From NCBI GenBank assembly GCA_036172245.1, contig JAYWIR010000002.1:496001-560000 (forward strand): a stretch of 64,000 nucleotides of DNA. The letters run 5' to 3'. Shown here piece after piece: positions 38,171 to 47,999 of the stretch (positions are counted from its first letter, which is position 1; the number at the start of each line of letters is the position of its first letter). Position numbers and translations under genes: made by a program. This stretch comes from Raillietiella orientalis (Eukaryota). The notes beneath the pieces were generated by a model. The model did no database searches, was not told where the DNA came from, and saw nothing but the letters and a program-made list of their open reading frames with translations.

Positions 38171-39399
38171 GAAAGCAAGGAAAAGGGGTGGATGGGGTGG
38201 GGGCAAAGAAGGCTCGTTTGAGTCCATGATGTCCTCAAATGTCGCTTTGATGTGTTGCGGATTCCGTTGGGCACTTCAACAAACACTTACGAAGAGGAGA
38301 TTCGATGCTTTCGATAGAGCATCCCGTAAAAACAAAGCTGAACTTCCAGCACAAATAGAAAAAAAATCGTGTTATGAATCGTTGGTAAACGGTTCCTTAA
38401 TGGAGAGTGCCTGCAATTTAAGGCAGAAAGGTCGCAAGTGGTACTGAGTGCTCCTTTGAATCTTTCGCTTGTTCCTCCGTTTGCTTCTTAGCTCCATGAG
38501 GGACCTGTCTAGTGTCTTCATAAAGATCACTGTTCTTGGACTTGAAACCCTGAGATTATCCGAGAATATGTGCTTTCAAATGAAAAGCAGCGAGGGATGA
38601 AGGGAAAGCTGGATTTCATCTCATAGCATAGCAGTTGCTATCCAGAGAAATTCCGTCCTATGAAGACCTATGAAGAGCAGCGAGTTGATTTTCATGGGAG
38701 CGTGTTGTTTTGAAGGATTCTTCGATTTCCCTGATGACGACAGTCCTTGTGATCCATGAAATAATTTTGGAAACCATCCACAAATCAGACTGAGATGCAG
38801 CTACTGAGGTACCAAAGCAGACTGCAATGACAAGGAAATGTTAAGAACGATGCACAGAGATGAACATCCAGAAAAGATGAGGGGGAAACAAAAATGACAT
38901 CTGACGAAGAACTTAGTCCTCGGCTGTGGAGCGCCGCTGAGTGAACGCATAAAATGAAACTGCTAACTGATGCTGGCAATCTTCCCGCGCGCCTTCCCTG
39001 ATGGACGGTCGCTAACACCCCACTTCCTTTTTCGCCCACCTAGGGTTGCCCAGTGCTCCCTTGCTGACCATTCGTCTGTCAGAATCCTGCAAGGAACCGC
39101 AAGGTTTTCCCGAACAACCAGTCCCGGCCTGCAAGGAAAAGAGAAGGCAATCGGGAGTCCGATGCTGTCCTGCTTACTCCTCCCTCCCTTTCCACTTGGT
39201 TCTCAACCAACCACCGGCCACGAAACAGTTCCGGTGATGCCCGCGGCGCTGTCGCCACGCGCCCTCAGTAGTGTGTGCCGTCCCAAATCCCGGAGGAACC
39301 TCTTCTGCGCCAACGCGCGCGTCCCTTCTATCTGCGAGGCCGGCTGCGGCGATCCCCAGCATCCGTTCGGTGGTGATGGCGACCCTACTTTTGCGCCTG

Positions 39400-41000
39400 A
39401 GGACTCCGTGCTAGGGGTGGTTTGAGAGTATCAAACCGAGCATATTCAGAGATGTGGTGCTTGAGAAGTGCTTCCGTGGCAACGAGTCTCATGTCGATTG
39501 CTTCAAGCTGCTGGCCTATCTGATAGCTGGAGAGAGAGAAATGCAGCCCGACTCTGGGCAGACTGTTCTAGAAAGGGGAAAGCTGGAACCTGGAAGACGT
39601 GACGAGTGTGCCCAGCATGGTCGCCAAAACTACTTGAACATCCTTACCAAAACAGAAGCGGCGAGCTGCTCATCTGCGGGACAAAGAGCCTACGAGCCGG
39701 AGTATATATGCGCAAGTCGTCGGGAGGAACTCCTCTCGACAGGAGCACTGCCTCTGCGATAGCACGAAGGCCTCCGCAGGGGGGCAGCTGCGTGTCGCCG
39801 ACGCCTTCGACTTCTTTGGCGTGGATCCTCACACGCAGAGATTTCCTGCTTGCCGAGTATCCGACCTCAAGAAACTGGACTCTCCAGGATTCATGAAATA
39901 CAAGGAGTGAGTGTCTGTTGCGATTTTCCTGAAGTTTTTTGAAAGGTGTGCTCACTCTTCCCTCCCCCTCCTCCCTCCCAGAGCCGATGATCTGTTCGCC
40001 ATACAAGGAGAAAGCGGTCAATCCTTGGCAAAGATTCTCTCTATTTCTTCCAACGACTCTACCGATTCATTTTGGGGGCTATTGGGCTCGAACAAGGAAT
40101 GAAAATAGTGATGGTCGAAGTCGAAGTGCTCTTTTCCTTTCTCAACACAGCAGGGAAGCTGAAACCGTACGTGATCTCCGGAATCACCGGAACTCTCTGC
40201 CTCGTTCTTCCGAGGCGTTTCAGCAGGCACGCAGCCTATTCGAGCGTTTTCTTAATGGAAAAAGGGGTGAGGGAGCATTCCGAACTGCTGAAGGGTTGGC
40301 GAAGACAGCGCAGCAGCAGCAGCCTGGAACCACGATCACGGAACTGGTACGCTGGTGCGAAGCGTCTGTCCTCAAGACAAAGGGTGGAACTCGAAGGAAC
40401 GGCGTTTCGCATCCCGAGGTTCCTCCATCTTCTGCACTGCGTCGCATCCGAAGCGGCAGCGGTGTTGAAGACCAACGGTTTTTGCCTCCGGAAGACCAGC
40501 CATCGTGGTGGGAGTGTCATCCCACACCCCGACGTGTTGGAGTCTACCAGATCTCCTGCAGACGAGATGCACAATCCCTCTTCTTTTTTTCCTTTCTTTT
40601 CTTTCTGTCTTCTCTGCATCATGACCTTTGCTCAACCATCCTCAGGCATGGTGCCATACGTGTTTGGCTGCGATTCGCGTCTCGGGGTGAGGAGAATTGC
40701 ATCTTGCTGGCTCCGCATCGGAAGCTCCTGTCTGTGGCGAAGACCTCTGCTTCCCTCTGCGTGCGCGCGCTCGCGCAAGGAACGCAGTTCTGCCTCTGCT
40801 GCTTGGAGAGAGCCCGGTCTCTTCCGGCGTCCCGGCTCGAATCGAAAATGAGCCGGCATGCGAGTCGACCCGCGCGATTAAAGGTGTGCCGACGGGCCTT
40901 TCGTTCACGAGCAGGAAGTCTCGCCCTGGCAAAGTTCAGTCCATCCTCGCGACAAGTCTTGATGTGCGACCTCCGGGGCATCGGACATCCTCGCCGGGGC
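39400..41000 (-). mobile_element. L1-type RT relic immediately downstream of the zinc-finger gene
   Basis: PLVFNTAAAS (motif B-like), TLCLED, FLEVGY and QLPPCGGLRAIAEAVLLS (cf. LSxxGRxxLIxAVLxS). Confidence 0.4.
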
Positions 41001-41330
41001 TACTTCGACGCGTCGGCGCGCGTGCGAGTGCTCGGCCGGAATCGCAACGCGCGACGCCCACAGTCCACTACCGTTCTTGGTGAGCCGACTCGCTCAGCGG
41101 GAGAGAACCCCCACCACCACCCTCTTCCACGGCCAACGGACCTACTGGCACGTGGGGGAGGCAGGCGTTCGTGTCCCCACATCACGGCAGCGGCGGACTG
41201 ATTTACGCAACGCCTTTTGTTTCCCGCGGACCCGCTGCGGGCGTCCCGATGGCGGGACCCAGGGGAGGGTCGTGCGCTGTTCAATGATTGTCAGATACGT
41301 GTCGTAGGGAAAAGGAAAGAAAAAAAAATA

Positions 41331-41336
41331 TTTATT
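41331..41336 (-). promoter_or_regulatory. Candidate polyadenylation signal of the zinc-finger gene
   Basis: AATAAA on the minus strand ~430 nt after the stop, followed by a T-rich tract, at the end of an AT-rich 3' UTR. Confidence 0.5.
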
Positions 41337-41764
41337 CGTCAAAATGCGCTCCCTGATAGGAGTCTCTCATCTTGGAATCTTGTCAAAGGAATGCTCCCAG
41401 CGTTTCGGAATCTCCTGGTGTCAAAAGACTTTCGTTTTCGTGAGAGAGTCAAGCACGCAGAAGAAATTTTCCTTCTTCACCTTCAGTTTCTTCGGACGCA
41501 GGATTTCTTAAGGACATTATTTTTTTTTTTTTCATACATCTTTTTTTTTGCGTGTGTGTTTTTTTATACCATCTGAAGTTGCACGGAGTCCGGGTTACTA
41601 TTCTTTCTTTCTTTCTATAAATATCTGTTTGCATAAATATATCATAGTTCAAGATACATATGTATATCTGCTACATGGACTAGTTTATCCAAGGTCTTCA
41701 CGGGTTTGAAGAACAAATCCACAGGGAACGGGAAGTGTTGCTCGTGGCCAAGGTAGGGGAGACA

Positions 41765-43308
41765 TCAGCGGACCTCGGCGTGTTCGCTCTTGCCAGAGTC
41801 GTTTTTCTCTTCCACGTCGATGGCTTCTTCTTCCGTTTCGTATTTGTCTGCTTCTGACGTCTCTGCGTCCCGGTCGGTCTGCGGAGGAGGAAGAGAGAGG
41901 TTAGTAACAGCGGGAGCGCGCGGCGCTGCTCGGCTGCCGGGTGTTGGGAGGCTCTGAAAAGATGGAGGGAGGAGGAGGCGAGCGTGCGCAGACCCACCGT
42001 GTCGGAAGGCTGCTTGATGACCGTCCTCATGAAGGTCCGTATCTCTTCAAAGTATTTGTCTTCCTTGACTGGGGACGCGCTGCCGGCAGAGGACTTCAAC
42101 CTGGCGCCGCCGCTCTTCTTCTGCATGTAGTCGTCCAGGATGCTCGGGACATCCCCGTCGTGTTTCTTGAGGTGGCGGTCCAGGTTCGTCTGCTGCCCGA
42201 AGCACCTATCACAAAGGGAGCACTTGTACGGCTTCTCCTTGTTGTGGATGTTCCTGATGTGTCTCTGTAGGTTGGAGGATATGCTGAAGGAGCGCTCGCA
42301 GTATTTGCAGCTGTAGGGCTGCTCCCCGGTGTGCGTGCGCAGGTGGCGGGTGAGGTTGGCGGAGCGAGGGAACACCTTGCCGCAGAACCTACACGCGTAC
42401 TTCTCCTTGGCGATGCGCCCCTGAGGGATGCCGTTCCTGTAGAGGAAGCCGTCGGCATCCCCGAGAGACGCGGTCAGGTGCGGGCGGTACAGCTTAAACG
42501 CGCTGGAGTGGATGGGAGCGTCCGGGTACTGCAGACTCTTCAGGGCGTCGGCCGCGTACTCGCTCAGCTTGTCCTTGAGAGCGCCGTCCTCCTTCCCGGA
42601 CGCCCCGACGCGCTTCGCCGGAGAGGCGCTGCGGAAGCACTCGGCCTGGCTCAGGAAAGCGCCTGCGTCTTTCTTGCCGCCCTTCGCCCACTGAGGAGGC
42701 GTCGACCTCTCTTCGGCGCCTTTCTCGACCTTGATCCTCTTCGCTTTGTTCCAGTTCTTGGCCTTGTCGATGGACAGGTCGAGTGGCTCGTCGGCGCTCT
42801 TCGAGTGCCCGTAATCCATGGGTCCGAGGTAGTCGCGCTGGTGGATCGGGTCCATGGGGCAGCGCCTCAGCCCCATCGCCTGCAGAGCCGACAGGGTGGT
42901 GATGAAGGAGTTCTCCTGAAGCTCCTTCGGGAGAAGCGAGTGCTCCAGGATCCGCTTGGGGTCTTTGTACGCGGCGGCGGCGGCAGCGGCGGCGGCGGCC
43001 GCTGCTGCTGCTGCGGCGGCGTTCCCTGGGGCGTTCACGAGGTGCAGGGAATTCTGGAGCTCGGCCAGGTATTTCTTGGAGTGGGGGAACGCCTTCTGGA
43101 GCTTGCTCATGCAGGAGGGATCGAAGCCTCCGAAGCCACTGCCTCCTTTCCTGTTGCAGGAGAAGAGGGGCGCCGCGTTCATGGACTCCGAGCCGAACAG
43201 GAAGTTCGGGCCGAACGGCAACCCGTCGTATGTGAAGAAGGGATATCTGGGATAGTTCAGGAAGGAACACATCACCGGTGGGTATTCTAGTGGGGTGTTC
43301 ACTGACAT
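41765..43308 (-). CDS. Hamlet/EVI1(MECOM)/PRDM16/EGL-43-family C2H2 zinc-finger transcription factor; coding exons 43308-41998 and 41878-41765, about 474 aa
   Basis: Three fingers at 42160-42399 ([80 protein letters not shown]) are the diagnostic EVI1/hamlet C-terminal cluster; PLDLS at 42772-42786; strong GC3 bias. An upstream acceptor ttttttgcag puts the exon start at 43343; ATG at 43308 (aagATG). The spliced tail is [37 protein letters not shown]. Further upstream coding exons are not excluded. Confidence 0.93.
41879..41997 (-). other. 119-nt phase-0 GT-AG intron
   Basis: Donor ACG|GTGGGT, TACTAAC branch point (~41908-41902), polypyrimidine tract ctctctcttcctcctccgcag; splicing yields an acidic C-terminus typical of the family. 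Confidence 0.85.
42970..43020 (-). repeat. GCN repeat encoding 17 alanines
   Basis: Directly visible, in frame. Confidence 0.9.
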
Positions 43309-45747
43309 CTTGGGTCGTACTACCCTTTCGCTCGTTCCGATTGCTGCAAAAAAAAGAGAAAAAGGGTAAATGAGGAAGAGTGGGCGAGTTTTCGGGAGCT
43401 GCCCAAGCAAGTCTTCGCTGGATGCGCGCCGCAGAGATGCGGAGGAGGAAGAGATGAGAGGAAAGCGGCGGCTCGGCGGGGGTCATCAAGGAAGAGGGGA
43501 TCTTTTTGCATTGGTTCCTTCCCTCGCTCCCTCCCTCCCCACTCCTCATCATCCTCTCTTTCGCAAACCGGCTGTATTTGTGCCACCGACGCTGCTGATG
43601 GGTGCCACTCCGAGGAAAAATCTGGCGAATTTCATCCCAGCGACGTCTCCCCTTTACCTTCCGCACCTGCGCCCATCTTCCTCGAAGCAGGCGCTTCCTC
43701 TCGCACGGTGGAAGAGGAGGGGCAGCGAGGGGAAACAAAGGGTGGAGCCAAGAAGCAAAAGGAGATGGAAGGTTTTTCTCCTCCTCCTTGAAGTCTCGAT
43801 GACGAAATGGATTCTTGGATCCTCCTGGAATCGTCCAAGAGAACCCAGCATTTCTTCCGGTCAAAGAGGACGACCAACACTCGAACCCCTCCCGGCAAAA
43901 GCCAAGGAGCAAGAAAAAGAGGTTGCATGGACCGCGGAATCCATTTGGTGGAACAAGGCAGCGAGGAGCAGCACTATCGCCTGCGACGACGTCGGCGGCA
44001 GAGATTCGGGAGGGGAGGAGGAAGGGGAAGCAAACGAAGGGAAGTGCGCGGGTTCACTCGTCCCTTCCGAGGAAGCAACGGGAGAGCAAAAAGAGGAGCG
44101 CCAGGAGAGCCCCTCTCTGAACGGGCGATGGAACCGGGAGAGGAGTGCATCTCAAGCTGCGCAGGCAGTGCAGAAGGAGGAAGGCGTCTCCTCGGGTCCG
44201 TGAACCCTTCTTTTCCCCTCTGCTCTCTTCTTTCCTTTTAGCTAAGCCTCGGTCGAGCTGGGAGGTAGGAACGGAAAGAGGAAGAACCACTCCTGGTAGG
44301 GGAAAAAGTAGGGGGATCAAACCCTCCCTCTTTTGGCTTTGCGCGCTAAAGAGGAAGAAGACGAAAAAAAGGAGAGGCGAAAAGGGGAAGTGGGCACACT
44401 CCTCTGCGTGCCTGTCGGGCGCGAGACCACGGCGTCCAGGGGAGGAGGAGCTGCCGAACGGGAAGGGACTGTGACGGACGCGCGAAGCCGCGCGCGTCAC
44501 AGTCCATCAGCATCTCTCCGTCGACTCCGGCCCCAAGAAGTCCGCTGATCGTTTTGACGGATCGGATGACCTCCACTGCCTGGGGACCGCCGCCGCCGCC
44601 GCCGTCGTGGAGAGCGACACCCTCGGGATGGGACCGCTCGCTCGATTTCCTTTCTGAGGAAATCCGGCGCGCCGCGGCCTACCGAGCCTCTCAAACGTCT
44701 CGCCCTCTCCGGCCAGACCGCTGCAGCGCCCCGAGGGCCTTTCTCTCCCACCCCTGGCAAAGGGCGAACGCGTCGCTCAGGGGGCACGCCGGAGAGACCA
44801 GGCAGCTGCCGCCGCTTCGCGCGGGGGAGATCTTCCGGGGAAGACGGCGACGACACCCCACCCGAACGATCGCTTTCGGCGCGAGGAGCACTCGCGCGCC
44901 AGCAAACGGCAGAGAGAAGCAGGGAGGCTGCGAGTCGCTGCTCCTCCCGCGAGGGACGGCTCGTATCCCATGGGAGCAGCTCGCGGTCATTCCTCCTCTC
45001 CCTGGAAGAGCTGAGGTGCGGGCGAACCTTTCGGTGTCTTCCCTCCCTTCCCTCACAGAAGCAGCCCTTCTCTCCCCGTCCCAGTGGGACCTACCCCGTG
45101 GCGACCGGGATGACACCGCTCGGACGAGCGCGACGGCCGCTGTGGTCGCGCCATCTCATTCGGAATTTCAAGAAACCAAAAAGCAAAAAAAAAAATTTAA
45201 AAAGTCCCTTAAAAAAAAAAATGGCTCTCCTTGCCGCCTTTTCTATTCCCGGAAGCGCGCGTTCCGAGGGCCCGCGGTTCCGGGCGCGACCGCTTGGTCC
45301 CCGAGGCAGCGAGCCTCGCGGGAGGGGACGGGACAGGCGGTCCACGCCCTTCGAGTCGGAAGGCGCTGCTGGCGGGATGCCTCCTCAGCCTTCCCCTCCT
45401 CGGAGAGTTCGCCGCGGTGCTCCGGGAGGCCGAACCAATTCCGGGGGCTTTGCCCTTCCCATCTTCGCTCAGGCACAGCTGGACCGGAGTAGCTCTCCTC
45501 CGCGCGTGTGGGAGGCGCCTCCTCCGTGCGCGCGCGAGGAGCGCTCTCGCCTCTTCGCGTCGTGGCTCCTCCGGTTGTTGCCACTGCAACGGCGTTTGTT
45601 TTCGGTTCTCTCCCCCCCCCCCCCCCTTTCCCGCCTCTGCCAGGCTGCTGCTTTCCCTCGGCGGCGGCGGCGGCGACGCCACCGCTCGCACCGGGAATCC
45701 TCCTTCTCGGAGGGAAAGGAGGAGGAGGAGAAGGAGAAGGCGCTCAC

Positions 45748-46150
45748 GGTTGCCGCGGCGACGACGGAGAGTCGCAGTGGACGCTGCGCGACCGGCGAGC
45801 GAGCGAGTGGGGAGGGGGAGCGGCAACTCGGCTCCGGTGGGTTGCGCAGCTGACGGGAGAGAAGAAGAGGAACAGACGGTGCGCGCGCGCGCGCGCACGC
45901 ACCTTTCTCTCTCTCTCTCTCTCTCTCTCTCCCTGTGCAGCCGCCGCCGCCGCCGCCGCCTCCCCGGAATCTTTCGCCTCGGATCTTCTTTCCTCGAGGA
46001 GATACACTCTCCGCGCTCGCCGCTCGCGCACTCGCGCTCGGCGCCTCTCACGTGACGGCAACGGTCGGAGAACGCCGAAGCCTAATTGCCTGTTAAGTCG
46101 GTTCTCCCATTCCCGCGAATGGGTCGTGACCAGGTAGTTGGGAAACGCGA
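45748..46150 (-). promoter_or_regulatory. Candidate promoter and first non-coding exon of the zinc-finger gene
   Basis: CpG-dense region with (GA)n at ~45907-45931, (GC)n and (GGC)n runs and a CACGTG near 46049; possible donor ACC|GTGAGC at 45748/45747. Inference only. Confidence 0.3.
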
Positions 46151-47999
46151 TTATATGTGTAGCAGAATTTCGCCATCACCGGGGAGACTCTCTGGGTGGG
46201 GCACCGTCGATGTTTACGCCTGATTTATCGGAGCCGAGTCCGTAATCTTCGGCTCGGACATTCGATCGGAGAGCTGCGCGCCCTCCGGGCGAGCGAATCG
46301 GTCCGGAATCGATCAAAGAAGAGCGGCGGCGTTTCGGAAAACATTTTCTTGTCGTTCTGGAAGAATGATTTTATTCGGTGGATCCGCGGCCATTAGGGAG
46401 GGGGAGGGGGAAGGGGGAGAAGAGGAGGAAAAGCAAGGAAGAAGGGAGGAAGCTGCAAGCCTCTTTCTCCTTCTTCTTTCCTTTTTTTTGGGGGGGGCGC
46501 GGCCAGCCGAAGGGGAAGGAGGAGTTTCCCTGGAGGTCCGAGGGGGCACGACGGGAGGCGTCGGACACCTTCGCTGCTTCCTACGACGCATTCCCGGGTT
46601 GGAAGGGAGGGGAAGGGAGCAAACCCGAGGTGGAGGACCCGTCAGCACGGAGGGACAGGAAACTCATCCCCCCCCCCTCCCTATCGTTTCCTCCCCCCGC
46701 CGCCAACTGCCCGCACTGGATCGCCGCCCTCTCTTCCACGCCTTTGACGAGCTGCCGCTTTCACCTCAAGCGACTCGCGGGAACCCAGGAAAAGGGCGGG
46801 AAAGCAAGAGGGATGAGAAGACCGCCCTTTCCTCGCTCCCTCAGAGAAGGGAAGGAGATGATGGCGGAGCTCGTTTCTTCCTTTAACACACTGCCCGAGG
46901 CCGCTATGCCCTTCGCCTGTGGAGGGAAGCTGTGGTCTCCCTTTGACTCCGCCAACATCCCTTTCCCACCTGCTTTCCCGCTCGAGCTCTCCACCGACGG
47001 CAGGCGAAGGAAGGGGAAGCTTCCTTTCCCTCATCTGCGAGCCTGCGTTCCCAGCGCCCCCAGAAGGCACGGAAGACGCAGGGGGCGTGGCACGGAGGCC
47101 ACACTTCGCTTGGGACGCAGCCCCCCCCTCTTCACTGAAGTGTTTGGAAAGAAACAGAAAGCGCAATCGGCAAGAACTGCACGCTCCTCGGAGGAATGCG
47201 GCGGAGGTGCACCTGCAGAACGCCCTCGCAAGCTTCTGACTTCGCAAGCTTCCTTCGGTGAAGAAGGGACCGTGAGGAGAGGGGGGGGTCTACCGTTTGG
47301 GAACCCTCTGCCCGCCTCCGTGATCAACAACGGGGTCTGCTGCTACCACCCTCACACTGTTATTCATCCGGCCAGCAACGACCACTCAAGCAGAGGGACG
47401 GAAGAGAGTGCATCGGCTTCATGGGGGAGGCCTTTGCAGGTGCGGATGCTTTTCCCGGGTAGACAGCGTCGTGGGGATTCTCTGTCTGCACTTAAGCCTC
47501 CTTCTCCCGTCTAGCCTGCCAGCGCGTCCACTGATCCTCATCCGGAAAAGCGAAGCAGCGCGGTGTCTTCTTCCCTCCAAAAGCGTCCCTCTTTCCAGGC
47601 ACGCCATAGCCACTGTCCAACACCTCACGCACGCTGCCCTTCATTTCTGAACCTACTAGGCAAAGGAGGACGAGAGGTCTCCGTAACATCTTCCGGCTAA
47701 GACGGAAGGAGAAAAAAAAGTCCGCACCTTGGATCAAACGTAGGGATCAGAGAGAGCTTTCGGAGCTCCCAAACTCTGAACGAGACGCTGCTCTTGCAAG
47801 CCACCTGACCAGAGCCCCAGGAATTGTTCTCTGGATTCTGTTTCGGTGTTTTTGCCCATAGGGTAAACTTTCTTCAGCGGCGACGGGAGCGGACATTTCC
47901 GGGAGCCTCCTCGCCATTGCTCGGGCGATGGGGTCCTTCTCTCGAACCTCCCAAAATTTTTGGTTTCACTCTACCCCCTCCTCAGGCCACGTCGGAGGG

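Noticed and set aside
41698..43410. The 570-aa ORF taken as the true protein
   Set aside because: It starts at a non-ATG codon inside a polypyrimidine acceptor region and reads through a canonical intron; the spliced model fits better.
42331..43912. Long overlapping ORFs (42331..43290 + and 42494..43912 -)
   Set aside because: Shadow frames of a GC3-rich CDS; low-complexity translations with no domains.
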